A DNA stretch of 64,000 nt from an uncultured virus (IMG/VR IMGVR_UViG_3300015245_000039). Taxonomy: Duplodnaviria; Heunggongvirae; Uroviricota; Caudoviricetes. Below are positions 41,905-51,462 of the stretch, one piece after another. Every line of letters starts with the position of its first letter. The stretch's first letter is position 1. The notes under the pieces were generated by a model, which worked only from the letters and a program-made list of their open reading frames with translations, searched no databases and was not told the DNA's origin. Location: the IMG/VR virus record IMGVR_UViG_3300015245_000039; one strand, 5' to 3'. A program made the translations under genes and the position numbers.

Positions 41905-42437
41905 TCGCCAGCGAACTCCTCGTCAGCGTCACGCGTGGTGTTCTGGAACCAGCGGTTCAGCTTCATCACGTGTGCGGCGATCATGGAGTCGTTGTTCCCG
42001 AAGAGACCGAACACGACCCTACGGGCGGTGTCTGCCTCGTACTCGAGAAAGTCGGCGAGAGCCTTCTCGTACTTAAAGGCGAATCCCCTCCGATCCGGGT
42101 CGAAGGGGATGTATTGCCCATCGCGCTCCAAGAACAAACCGTCGCACGCCTGGATCATGGTGTCGACTGCCACGAACAGGCCACGGTCCACTCTGTCCTT
42201 GGTCTGACGCTTGACCTTCTCGACGATGCGCTCCTGGATCTTTCCATCGAGAAGGTGGTACTGAGCGCAGAGACCGATCTCTTCGTACCCCGGAATCGAG
42301 ACGTAGGTCTGGCGGTTCTCCTGGATCTCACGACGCCTTGCTCGCAGCTGGTCGAAGAGTGTCTTGGCTTCCTCTTCATCCAGCTCCGGCGGTTCGGGCT
42401 GCACAAGCCCCTCGAGCTGTTCGTCGTGTTCTTCCAT
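41892..42437 (-). CDS. Tail assembly chaperone (G)
   Basis: Between tube and tape measure genes; ends just after the slippery heptamer C CCT TTC. Confidence 0.8.
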   Translation of the reverse strand: MEEHDEQLEGLVQPEPPELDEEEAKTLFDQLRARRREIQENRQTYVSIPGYEEIGLCAQYHLLDGKIQERIVEKVKRQTKDRVDRGLFVAVDTMIQACDGLFLERDGQYIPFDPDRRGFAFKYEKALADFLEYEADTARRVVFGLFGNNDSMIAAHVMKLNRWFQNTTRDADEEFAGDPFS

Positions 42438-42464
42438 GCTCCCTCCCTTACGATCGGCGATTGA

Positions 42465-42911
42465 TTAGTGCGAGGTTGGAGGACCGTCCGGCGAAATGAC
42501 GAGCTCGACCATTGCCGGGTCAGTTGACTCCGAATCGTGATCAGGCGGGGTCGTCGTCTTGAGCAGGCCGACCCACACGATCGGTGCTCCGTAGACGTTC
42601 CCGTCGAGATCGAGGATGTGCTGGGAGACGGTGCAGCGAGCACGTCCTGCCCAGTCGAACAACCGACCGATCTCGCTGTGATCGCGCTCGTGGCGGTAGA
42701 GCCTCGAGACGGTCACATCCTCGATGGTCGGGCTACCTCCGAGCGAGACCTGCTTGCCCATCCCACCCGGCTTGTACTTGTAGATGTCGGTGTCCACCGC
42801 GCCACCGCTCTTCTTGTCCCACACACCGAAGTCGATCAGGTTGTTCGGTGCATCCGGATTCCGGATCTGGAGCGTGACGCGCTGGGTGTCTCTCCGAGTC
42901 GGGCCGGTCAT
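42465..42911 (-). CDS. Tail tube protein
   Basis: Directly after the sheath; YKPGGMG..SLGG..T..DVTVSR; 148 aa. Confidence 0.8.
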   Translation of the reverse strand: MTGPTRRDTQRVTLQIRNPDAPNNLIDFGVWDKKSGGAVDTDIYKYKPGGMGKQVSLGGSPTIEDVTVSRLYRHERDHSEIGRLFDWAGRARCTVSQHILDLDGNVYGAPIVWVGLLKTTTPPDHDSESTDPAMVELVISPDGPPTSH

Positions 42912-44392
42912 GCCACCGCCTCCGTGATCGCGCGCTTGACAAGGACGAGATCCACGAACTCGGCGAACGGCGAGTCCCTGTAGGAGATGATCGCGTGAAG
43001 TTCGCGGTTGGCGAGGGTTGTTGGAGTGTTGACCTGGTTGCCGACATCGCTACGCCATGCATCGGCTGGGCTCGGACCCCAGAGTGCCCCGCTGTTGAAG
43101 AAGCTCTGCATCATGCCGTCGAGTGCAGCCTTCAGATCGGCCTGGCTGTAGCCACGTCCGTCGATCTGCTTGAACAGGAAGGTCTCGAGGATCTCGAGCG
43201 CCTGTGCCTGAATCGCCATCCGCAGGCGAGCGTTGCCCAGGCTGATCCAGGCCGGAGTGGCCACTGCATCGACCAGAGTGCGCCATCCGTAGATGCGGAC
43301 GCCACCGTACACCGTGCGGATGACGTTGACGCCTGCGGAGTTGAGAGCATCCCTGGTCGCGTCGTCCCAGGCAGGCTGGGTGACTCCGAGCGCGTACTGA
43401 GACTCTCCCTGCTCTCCTGCTGCTGGAACGTTCGGGTTACCGCCGAGGTCGGTCCGCGCGATTGCCCCGGCTACGAGTGCCGAGGGAGGAACCGGGCGAA
43501 GCGTCCCAGAGGTCAGACCCGGAATGTTGATCCACGGCGAGAAGCTTCCGCCGTAGTCGCCATTCGAGCGAGCAGCCAGCGCCGAAGCCTCGAGCGTTGC
43601 TGCAGTCGCTGTGTCCGGGAGATCGAGCAGCGCCACTCTGTTCTTCGCTGCCGCGTGGGCAGTGAGCTGGACGTGCCCGGCGTCGGTTGTACGACCTGGA
43701 GCCGAGACCTGCCCTGGGCCGAGATCGATGCCGAAACGATTCAGCGCCGCGACCCACTCGTTGTCGGTGATGTTCGATCGGTCGTCAGTTCCTGTCGCGA
43801 GTGCCGCAGCCGCTGCCACCGCCGGAACGAGCGCAGTCGCTCCGAGCGTCAGACGGATGTAGCTCGAGAACTGTGACCAGGAGATCGCGGACTGCTGATC
43901 AGCGAGGTCCGGACTGGTCTCGAGCACTACGTTGCTCGCGTCACTGACCTGGATACGGAAGCCGCTGATCAGACCAGCGAGCACTGCGACCTTCAGGTTG
44001 TTCCCTGCAGCTCCAGGTCCGATCGCACTTGCCTTGAGCGAGACTCCTGCCCCGGCGTCGAGCAGGTTCTTGAACGCGATGACTGCATTCGGGCCGACCA
44101 CCCGGCTGATGAACGCGCTCGAGCCTCCCTCGTGGAAGTATTCCTCGAGAGCGTCGTACAGGAAGCCGTACGAAACTCTCGCCCCGTACACTCGCTGATA
44201 GTCGGCTAGCGACTGGATCAGCTGTGGATCAGTCGGACCCTGCTCGGTCTGGCCCACCACGAACCAGATCCCCGTGTCCGTCGGTGCCGAGCGAGGCGGC
44301 GGCGAAGTCTGCGTCCGCACGCGGGTCGCAGGCCGGAACGAGGAGATGGCCGAGGCGATGAGCAAACCGGCGAAGAGTGCTGCACCGATCAC
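42908..44392 (-). CDS. Contractile tail sheath protein
   Basis: G.TEQGP..P..I.S..DY...YG, YF.EGG, VPPS..VAG..ARTD, LNSAGVNVIR, YGWRTL, SPFAEFV. Confidence 0.93.
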   Translation of the reverse strand: MIGAALFAGLLIASAISSFRPATRVRTQTSPPPRSAPTDTGIWFVVGQTEQGPTDPQLIQSLADYQRVYGARVSYGFLYDALEEYFHEGGSSAFISRVVGPNAVIAFKNLLDAGAGVSLKASAIGPGAAGNNLKVAVLAGLISGFRIQVSDASNVVLETSPDLADQQSAISWSQFSSYIRLTLGATALVPAVAAAAALATGTDDRSNITDNEWVAALNRFGIDLGPGQVSAPGRTTDAGHVQLTAHAAAKNRVALLDLPDTATAATLEASALAARSNGDYGGSFSPWINIPGLTSGTLRPVPPSALVAGAIARTDLGGNPNVPAAGEQGESQYALGVTQPAWDDATRDALNSAGVNVIRTVYGGVRIYGWRTLVDAVATPAWISLGNARLRMAIQAQALEILETFLFKQIDGRGYSQADLKAALDGMMQSFFNSGALWGPSPADAWRSDVGNQVNTPTTLANRELHAIISYRDSPFAEFVDLVLVKRAITEAVA

Positions 44393-44565
44393 TTGTCCCC
44401 TCCTTCCTTCTCTGTACCCGTCTTGACGAAGACCTCTTCGTCGATCAGGCGCTTGTTGTGGAGCGACTTGAGATCGTCCTTGCTGAGCTCGACGGCTTCA
44501 CCGACGCCCACGACACGACCGTCGTCGAGGTCCTCGGCATGCGCTCCGACGTTTCTGTATTCCAC
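44389..44565 (-). CDS. Small virion-associated protein
   Basis: 58-aa ORF coupled to both neighbours by overlaps. Confidence 0.55.
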   Translation of the reverse strand: MEYRNVGAHAEDLDDGRVVGVGEAVELSKDDLKSLHNKRLIDEEVFVKTGTEKEGGDK

Positions 44566-45209
44566 TACTCCTCCTCCCTCGCGACGACCGAGATTGTTGA
44601 CTCCGGTAGATTGATGGTAGGCCACGAGCTACCGGGTTGATCTTCGACGTCGGCGGGTGCGTTAGGCCCACCATACCTGTTCACGACATCGTGCACCGTG
44701 ACGTGGTATTCCTGAGTACCGCTGAAGATCGTCCGCTCCGCCTCAGGGTAGATGTCATCGTAGTTCTCATCGAACCAAACATTCCCCATCCCGAAGCCTA
44801 CTGCGTTCGGATCGCCCCACTTCTTGAGGCTCTGCTTCTGAAGCATGATCAGTCGCATGGTCGGCATGTAGATGTTCTTTACGATGTCCTGCGCATCCTG
44901 GGGCAGTGCGGCCTCTACCACGAATCCCATGCCGACTCGCCAGGTTGCATACATTGTTCCATCACCTTGCTGGACTGGCTGACCTACCAGACCGTCGCTT
45001 ATGATGGCTATAAGCGGAGGTTGGTCCTCGGGGTTCTGATCGTTGAAGTCGTTGACGGTTTTCCAGGTGACTGGACGCGCGATCGAGCCGACGGGCAGGT
45101 TCAGCTCGAGCTCGCGGTTGCGCATGTAGACTTCCCACCAATAGCGTGCAGTGCCGAGTACGCGCTGCTCCACATCGGTTCCAGTGACTACTCCTCCGAA
45201 GATCGTCAT
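44565..45209 (-). CDS. Tail terminator/completion protein (putative)
   Basis: Position between neck and sheath genes. Confidence 0.55.
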   Translation of the reverse strand: MTIFGGVVTGTDVEQRVLGTARYWWEVYMRNRELELNLPVGSIARPVTWKTVNDFNDQNPEDQPPLIAIISDGLVGQPVQQGDGTMYATWRVGMGFVVEAALPQDAQDIVKNIYMPTMRLIMLQKQSLKKWGDPNAVGFGMGNVWFDENYDDIYPEAERTIFSGTQEYHVTVHDVVNRYGGPNAPADVEDQPGSSWPTINLPESTISVVAREEE

Positions 45210-45700
45210 GTGCGCTTCTTCGCCCGACCCTTCCATTCCTTCTTGAGATAGCGGTTGACTCTCATAGCGAACCGCTGGCGGTCTCCTCTGAGGAACTTGA
45301 TGATCACTCGCTGCGGCATGCCGTGCAGACCCTTCTGGTGCGAGCGAGCGTAGGGCAACTTGGAGCCGAAGATGATCGTGCCTTCTCTGGGGTTAATCTT
45401 CCTCAGCATGTTCGGATCACCCGAGTAGGTGAGAGAACGACGAAGATGACGCTGGAAATGCATGGTGCGAGGATCGCCACCCAGCTTTGCCTTCCGACGC
45501 GCCCAACGATAGGTGACAGGCTTCCACTGACCGCCGCCGCGACGTCCGCCGGAGTTGAAGATTTTCTCCTCGATCTCCATCATCTCGAAACTGATCTCCT
45601 CCAGCGGCTCGCGCAGACCCTCTACAGCATTCTTGCCGAGCTCTCGGAGATTCTGTGCGGCTTCCTGGAAGCCAATGCGCTGGGCGAAGATCTGCGCCAT
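45206..45700 (-). CDS. Virion morphogenesis protein (Mu gpG-like)
   Basis: F..GG..W.P....RK..LRRSL..GS.LPYA..HQ.G..MPQR. Confidence 0.8.
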   Translation of the reverse strand: MAQIFAQRIGFQEAAQNLRELGKNAVEGLREPLEEISFEMMEIEEKIFNSGGRRGGGQWKPVTYRWARRKAKLGGDPRTMHFQRHLRRSLTYSGDPNMLRKINPREGTIIFGSKLPYARSHQKGLHGMPQRVIIKFLRGDRQRFAMRVNRYLKKEWKGRAKKRT

Positions 45701-46746
45701 TACCAGCGATACTTCTTGACCCCGGTGAAGTTGGAGGACGGAATGGCTCGGTGAACACTCACCGTTCCGTCGACGGCCTCCTGGACAGCGATCACGAGCT
45801 TGCCCGGTGACTGCGGCGAACCTACCGCGTCGTCGTAGAGCTCCTTGTACTGCGCGTAGGGCGAGCGATTCGTAGCCACCTGCTCTGGGAAGTAGCTGAG
45901 CTCGACCATCATCGCTGCCTTCAGAGCCGCTGTTTCATTGGCCTCGCGCATGATGACGCCGGGGACCTCATCGCCGATCACCATGGCCAGATCCCCAGTC
46001 GCCTTACGAATCAGCGTCTGGACCTGTTGCCCGGTGGGGCGAGTCTCGGCGGTGAAGGTCCCCAGCTCCTGTGCTGTCCCGATCTGCTTGGTGCGCGCTC
46101 GAAGCAGCGCTGCAACGTCAGAGACAGTTGGCTGCCAGACCCATCCCTTGAAGACCTCGATCCTTGCTGCAGCGAGCCGATCACCGTCGTCCCAGAGTAC
46201 GACGTAGCTTCCACCCTCAGAGGGCGCAACGAGATCAAGAGCGTAGACGCCAGCGCCCGGAACGATCTCGATAGCGTTTGCGATGCGCTCGGTGAGCATC
46301 CTGCGCCCGACCGCGATCAGAGCTCCGAGGCTTGCCTCCGTCTCCCAGTCGACGAATGCGGTGAAGGACTCTCCGGCGGTGATGTCGTAGTTGACGTCCA
46401 GAGCCTCGATCGCTACATTCTTGGGTGTGAGCTGCCCGGTATCCCAGACGATCAGGTACTGGCCTGGCAGCGACGGAGCTACGAGCTGGTAGACGTATGT
46501 CCCCGAACCCGACGTGCTCTGCTGAATACCAGCCGTCTGGCGGGGCATCACGATAGCTCCGTGAGCTCCGATCACTCTGACGCCCATCGTCAGCAGATCA
46601 GGCGGGAACCCGATTGCGGTGATCTCGAACTGCTCCTCGGCGGCGACCTTGGTCGGAACCGGCGCGATGGGCAGGTCGGAGGGAACGATGTTGCCAATCG
46701 CCTCGCCCCACTTGCCGACGTCGCCCCACTTGGGTACGGAGCTCAT
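45700..46746 (-). CDS. Head-tail adaptor fused to two N-terminal beta-rich repeats
   Basis: C-terminal PTVSDVAALLRART..GTF...TRPT..ELSYFPEQ; repeats G.G.Y...LVAPS..G.Y...WD.G. Confidence 0.65.
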   Translation of the reverse strand: MSSVPKWGDVGKWGEAIGNIVPSDLPIAPVPTKVAAEEQFEITAIGFPPDLLTMGVRVIGAHGAIVMPRQTAGIQQSTSGSGTYVYQLVAPSLPGQYLIVWDTGQLTPKNVAIEALDVNYDITAGESFTAFVDWETEASLGALIAVGRRMLTERIANAIEIVPGAGVYALDLVAPSEGGSYVVLWDDGDRLAAARIEVFKGWVWQPTVSDVAALLRARTKQIGTAQELGTFTAETRPTGQQVQTLIRKATGDLAMVIGDEVPGVIMREANETAALKAAMMVELSYFPEQVATNRSPYAQYKELYDDAVGSPQSPGKLVIAVQEAVDGTVSVHRAIPSSNFTGVKKYRW

Positions 46747-47975
46747 GCTGTCCTCACCATCGACGCGCCGGTCAGGTAGAAGTTGAATGACGAAGACGAC
46801 GCATTCTTGGTCAGCACGATGAATCGCAGCTTGTGCATCGCGGTGCGAGTCACTGAGATTCCTGTGAATCCGACCGACTGGTTGTGGAGCAGTGAGGCGT
46901 TGTAACCGTCCTGAGTCCCGATGTCGGTGTAGGTCCCGGCAGAGGCTAGATCAAGCCGAGCAGTGACGATACCGGCATCAGAAGCCTTGGTGAAGTTGAA
47001 CGATAGGTTCCAGGTGCCGATCTTCAGGTACAGCGGATAGATGACTTCCTGGTTGACCGCTCCTGTTCCTGCCCGATAGCCGCCCATCCACGAAGAGGCA
47101 GAGAAGAGAAATGTCTGCCAGTTGGTGTTGGAGAATGGCGAAGTCAGAACCCCGACGATCGTGTGTAGCCAGACATCGGCGTCAACCCCGGCTGCTCCCT
47201 GGATTCCCTGAATTCCCTGGATTCCCTGGATTCCTTGAGCTCCAGTTGCACCTGTGGCTCCAGCTGCTCCAGCTGCGCCAGCGTCTCCCTGCGGACCCTT
47301 CAGATTCCCGATGATCGATCCCCAGGAGCCTGCTGTCTTTGGTCCGTAGACATCTCCGTTGGTGACGTTCAGATAGAAGTCGCCGTTAGCGCCAGTCCCG
47401 CCTCCGGGCACTCCAGCGCCCTCGTACCACTTCGCGCCTGCTGCTCCGGCGGCTCCGGCGTTGCCCTGGGCTCCAGCGTTACCCTGAGCTCCTTGCGGCC
47501 CTACGTCACCCTGGGGACCCTGTGGCCCAGCAGGACCCTGCGGTCCCGACCCAGCGGCCTGCCAGATCATTGCGCCCTGGGCATTACTCCAGGTCAGTAC
47601 CTGGCCGTTGAGAGGGCCAGTGCCATCGATGACATCGGCGAGGTCGCGCACTGCCAGAACATCGCTTCCGTTCTTCTTGTGCGACGCTGCGTGCGCTGTC
47701 GGTGTACGAGAGTTTGTCAGACGCGCATCGCCCTCACGTACGAATGTATTGAGCGGCTCCCAGATCATCGCCCCACCCTGGCGCGTCCAGACTCCGTCAC
47801 CCGGCGGAACGTCTACCAAGCCCTCGAAGGTGGGCGAGCCGGCAATCTCTGAGTGGGTGTGGGAGTTGAAGGCGTCTCTGAGCGCATGGAAGTTTGGCAT
47901 CACCGACTCTGCGGTGAAGTCCGTCTCGTGGTCTTCGATCGTGACCGGAAGGTCTACTTGAGGCTGAGCGGTCAT
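46743..47975 (-). CDS. Collagen-like fibre protein
   Basis: Two Gly-X-Y tracts flanking G.NGDFYLN..NGDVYGPK..W. Confidence 0.85.
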   Translation of the reverse strand: MTAQPQVDLPVTIEDHETDFTAESVMPNFHALRDAFNSHTHSEIAGSPTFEGLVDVPPGDGVWTRQGGAMIWEPLNTFVREGDARLTNSRTPTAHAASHKKNGSDVLAVRDLADVIDGTGPLNGQVLTWSNAQGAMIWQAAGSGPQGPAGPQGPQGDVGPQGAQGNAGAQGNAGAAGAAGAKWYEGAGVPGGGTGANGDFYLNVTNGDVYGPKTAGSWGSIIGNLKGPQGDAGAAGAAGATGATGAQGIQGIQGIQGIQGAAGVDADVWLHTIVGVLTSPFSNTNWQTFLFSASSWMGGYRAGTGAVNQEVIYPLYLKIGTWNLSFNFTKASDAGIVTARLDLASAGTYTDIGTQDGYNASLLHNQSVGFTGISVTRTAMHKLRFIVLTKNASSSSFNFYLTGASMVRTA

Positions 47976-48730
47976 GGCGACACGAACCTTACCTGGTAGT
48001 GGTAGTTCGCGATGCGCCACTTGCCTGCACCGCGAACTCCTGAGTTATTCTTCGCGTAGATGGTCGGGTAGAGGAACTGCTTGGTCGGCATCGTGGGTAC
48101 AGCGCTCGAGGACCCGTCGGCATTGGCCAGCAAGAACTCTACGTCTGCCCAGTCGTTCGCGTACCTCTTTGCGACTCCAGAGCCGTCAGACTGAAGCGGA
48201 TTGCCTCGACCGATATTCGGAGTGAGCGCCTGTCCGGTAGTGCCCACCTGCAGTCCATTCGGGCGCTGATAACCCGACGGCGGCCGCATCACGGTCTTGC
48301 CCGAGCCAAACGGCCAGATCTGCGGCTGCTCGCCCGAGAAGTCGTTCGCGAACTGGACCAGGTCTTCGGGGTCCCACTGGTAGTACCAAGGAGCGCACTG
48401 ACCGGGAACACCAGCCTGGTCAAGAATCCTGCCGTCAGAGCGATCCTGCATCTTGAAGCCGAGCGCGATGATCCGGCTAGCGTCATGGATCATGAACTCT
48501 CCCCAGCCACCCAGCTTGTCGTCTGAGTCAGTCAGGTATGACCAGTCGACCTCAGTCGTCCAGACAAACGAGACATCGACCCCTCTGATGATCGTGGTGG
48601 CGTCGCTGACCCAGCGACTACCGTCCCACATGCAGCCGAGCTCGGTATCGCCTGCCCTGATAAAGCGACACTCACCTGCACGACCAGCAGGCAGCGGAGC
48701 TGTATCGATGAGAGGAGGAGCGTTGTTCAC
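47972..48730 (-). CDS. Putative minor virion/fibre protein
   Basis: WDGSRWVS motif; located in the head-neck module. Confidence 0.5.
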   Translation of the reverse strand: MNNAPPLIDTAPLPAGRAGECRFIRAGDTELGCMWDGSRWVSDATTIIRGVDVSFVWTTEVDWSYLTDSDDKLGGWGEFMIHDASRIIALGFKMQDRSDGRILDQAGVPGQCAPWYYQWDPEDLVQFANDFSGEQPQIWPFGSGKTVMRPPSGYQRPNGLQVGTTGQALTPNIGRGNPLQSDGSGVAKRYANDWADVEFLLANADGSSSAVPTMPTKQFLYPTIYAKNNSGVRGAGKWRIANYHYQVRFVSP

Positions 48731-49548
48731 GACGAATACCTGACCTCGAGACCAATGTCGATGACAGCGCCGTACAGTGCTCCGCCGGACATCTTCCCGT
48801 AGAAGCGAGGGGTGAGATGATCCTTGGCAAGATCTGTTGACTCGAGCGGGGTGCCAGCAGCGCCCTTCTTCGAGACGGGCAGCCAGCCGACTGTCGACTT
48901 CATCGACGGGATGCTCTCGGCATTGCTCTGGATGACCTGCCCCTCGGCGATGGCTGATGCGCCATTCGATGAGAGCGGAGCCTGGTCGCCGCTGGAGAAG
49001 TTCCAGAAGAATGGAACGATGCTGAACACCAGCAGGTTCGCAAGGTTCCCGTAGCAGAGACAGTGCCAGCGATGCTCGACTTTGCACCCGGCGACCATGA
49101 ACTGTTTCGCGTTGAGCAACGCACGCTCAAGAATGCCTGCCGCGTAGACGGGAGGAACCGATGCTGCTGATCCGGAGACTGGCGTCGCGATATACGCCCA
49201 GTCGGCAGCGACATTCGTCCCCATGTACATCTGGTCGAGCTGCATCGCCAGGGTCTTGCCACGACCCTTCCACTGTCCAGCTGTCGCGTGCCAGATCAGA
49301 AGCTCGGTGTCAGTGATTCCTGCGGGCTTGAGCAGCCCCGGCTGACCGTCGTAGTCACCTGCCCCCAGCGCGGAGATGGTGGCACCGCTCTTGCCCGTCA
49401 GAGTCCCACCGCCACCTACGGGTCCTGAGAAGTCACGCCACTCGAAACGATTCTGAGCTGCGACCCAGACTGGAATCTGACCGTCAGTCGGGGTCCCGAA
49501 GACGTCGTCGAGGTCCTTGAGCTTCGTGACCGTCCGTGCTGCCGTCAT
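48727..49548 (-). CDS. Putative minor virion/fibre protein
   Basis: L.DL.DV..P.DGQ..VW motif shared with the collagen-like protein. Confidence 0.55.
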   Translation of the reverse strand: MTAARTVTKLKDLDDVFGTPTDGQIPVWVAAQNRFEWRDFSGPVGGGGTLTGKSGATISALGAGDYDGQPGLLKPAGITDTELLIWHATAGQWKGRGKTLAMQLDQMYMGTNVAADWAYIATPVSGSAASVPPVYAAGILERALLNAKQFMVAGCKVEHRWHCLCYGNLANLLVFSIVPFFWNFSSGDQAPLSSNGASAIAEGQVIQSNAESIPSMKSTVGWLPVSKKGAAGTPLESTDLAKDHLTPRFYGKMSGGALYGAVIDIGLEVRYSS

Positions 49549-49619
49549 AGTCCCTCCCTGATCAGGAGCGGGGAGACTGGGCCAACCGCCGTAGACCCAG
49601 CTCCCCGCACGCTGGATCG

Positions 49620-50054
49620 CTAGGCGTTTTCCCCGATGACCTTGGTGAGACCAGTGACGAGTCCCTTACGAGGATCGTTCGACGTCGCCATGTTCTCGGC
49701 GTCGAGGATCTTCTGGGCCTGATCCGGGTCATCGGATGCCAGCTCGAGCAGATCGTCGATCGTGGGCTCGTCCTCCTTGATCCAGGTGGCGAGCTCCTCG
49801 ACTGACATGTCGTCGACCGACTTCTCGACGACCTCACCGTCTTCGCCGACGGTGACTCCCTCCCGAGTCTGCTCCCCTTCCTTGTAGAAGACGCCGTGCC
49901 GCTCCGCACGCTCGCGGTCATACGGCGAGAGGTCTTCCGGGTTCAGCTCTTCATCGCGGACCGACACCCGAGGGATGAGGATCTTCTGATCCGGGTTGTA
50001 GGGATTCTGCTGGACGTCGTGCCAGATGAAGGCACGAACCTTGACTCTACTCAT
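49620..50054 (-). CDS. Acidic capsid-adjacent protein
   Basis: Follows the capsid gene; MSVEEL..W ... E....PRKGLV pattern. Confidence 0.55.
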   Translation of the reverse strand: MSRVKVRAFIWHDVQQNPYNPDQKILIPRVSVRDEELNPEDLSPYDRERAERHGVFYKEGEQTREGVTVGEDGEVVEKSVDDMSVEELATWIKEDEPTIDDLLELASDDPDQAQKILDAENMATSNDPRKGLVTGLTKVIGENA

Positions 50055-50069
50055 GTTCCTGCCTCCTTC

Positions 50070-51014
50070 CTAACCGGCGAGTCCGGTGATCTTGAAGACC
50101 CCGAACGGATTGGTGACGTACATGGCAGGCGAGACTGAGGTCTGCACCCAGGTCCGCTGACGCATCGTCGGAGCGCCCTCTTCGGCGGTCTCCGTGGCCA
50201 GCGGGAACTCGATGCGCATCTCGCCGACCATGCCCTGCGCGAGCGCATAGGCGACGCCTGCGGTGACGCGCGGAGAGACGTACACGTCGATGCCGGCAGC
50301 GTCCAGCATCTGCTGGAGGAACTGACCGTACACCGTTCCAAGCTGCAGCCATTGATCCGGATGCATGATCCAGAGATCGATGACCACGCCGAGCTCGTCC
50401 GTGTCGGCCAGTGCCTGGATGTGCATGATGTCGCGAGCAGGGTACGCCGAGGCGTTGGACGCCGACGAGCCTGCCGTGACGACAGCATTCCAGTTGTTGC
50501 CGACGACGGTCTGCCCCGAAGCGGTGATGGATGCCTCGAGGACCTCGATTGCCCGCTGGTTGATCTTGCGGACGATGGTGTTGCCGAGCTGACGCGTTCG
50601 CAGCGTGAACTGCGAGACGTTGTTGCGGAGGCGAGCTTCCTTCGTCATGAAGAACTTGCCGCCCCACTTCTCCGGCTCCGCGATCAGCGGTGCGATGCGG
50701 ACTCCGGTGACGAGTGGGAACTCGTCGCCCGGCCCGACCCGCTTGACATCGCGGTCCAGGTAGAGCTGGTTGGTGGTGATCTGGTCGTACACGATGGCGC
50801 CGCCTGAGACGCCTCCGGCCGACGAGTAGATGCGGTCGGCGATGAACCGCTGCAGCGTCAAGTCCATGACCATGGACGTGACACGCGTCGGCTGGTTGAG
50901 CGCGATGTCGACAGAGATCGTCGTCCCCGAGACAGTCGGCGGACCGAGTGGATGCTCGACCGCCTGCGAGTAGGAGAAGAACGACTTCGACTCGAACTCC
51001 AGCTTGTCTTCCAT
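50070..51014 (-). CDS. Major capsid protein
   Basis: 314 aa after protease and decoration genes; V.PG.EFP, KWGGKF..T.EA, strong GC3 codon bias. Confidence 0.85.
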   Translation of the reverse strand: MEDKLEFESKSFFSYSQAVEHPLGPPTVSGTTISVDIALNQPTRVTSMVMDLTLQRFIADRIYSSAGGVSGGAIVYDQITTNQLYLDRDVKRVGPGDEFPLVTGVRIAPLIAEPEKWGGKFFMTKEARLRNNVSQFTLRTRQLGNTIVRKINQRAIEVLEASITASGQTVVGNNWNAVVTAGSSASNASAYPARDIMHIQALADTDELGVVIDLWIMHPDQWLQLGTVYGQFLQQMLDAAGIDVYVSPRVTAGVAYALAQGMVGEMRIEFPLATETAEEGAPTMRQRTWVQTSVSPAMYVTNPFGVFKITGLAG

Positions 51015-51027
51015 CTTCCCTCCTCTC

Positions 51028-51462
51028 CTACGGCTTGACGTACTGGGCGGGACCGAGCAACTCGACAGCGGTGATGCCTGCTGAGCCCTTCGTCTCACGA
51101 CAGACCGCGACGACGACCTGTGTCGTCAACGCGACCTTGAGCGTCCCGTCGGCATTGACCGAGAGCTCGTCACCGAATGCGACAGCGGCGCTGACCTCTG
51201 CCGGAACGATCAGACCGCAGCCCCGGAGCATTCCGACCTTGCCGGCGGCAGCGACGTCACGGTTGGCGAGTCCGAAGACCCGGCCATTCGCTGTCGGGGC
51301 ACCGACGCGGATGTTGCCACCCAGACCGTCGGTGTCGAGGCCGGTCGAGAGCTTGCCCTGGTTCCCGGTCTGCTTGTACATCCGCTTCCCGATGACTGCG
51401 ATGTCGCAGTGACAGGTGACGGTCTGGCCCGGCTCGTAGATCGGGATCGCGTCATTCGCCAT
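51028..51462 (-). CDS. Head decoration/capsid cement protein (DUF2190-like)
   Basis: IP.YEPG..VT, FG.A..D.AA..KV, AV..GD...ADG. Confidence 0.75.
   Translation of the reverse strand: MANDAIPIYEPGQTVTCHCDIAVIGKRMYKQTGNQGKLSTGLDTDGLGGNIRVGAPTANGRVFGLANRDVAAAGKVGMLRGCGLIVPAEVSAAVAFGDELSVNADGTLKVALTTQVVVAVCRETKGSAGITAVELLGPAQYVKP

Noticed and set aside
33266..44392. Extracellular contractile injection system or tailocin
   Set aside because: Capsid, portal, terminase and replication genes are present, so this is a myovirus tail.
47190..47240. 9-nt tandem repeat
   Set aside because: Explained by the collagen GIQGIQGIQ coding tract.
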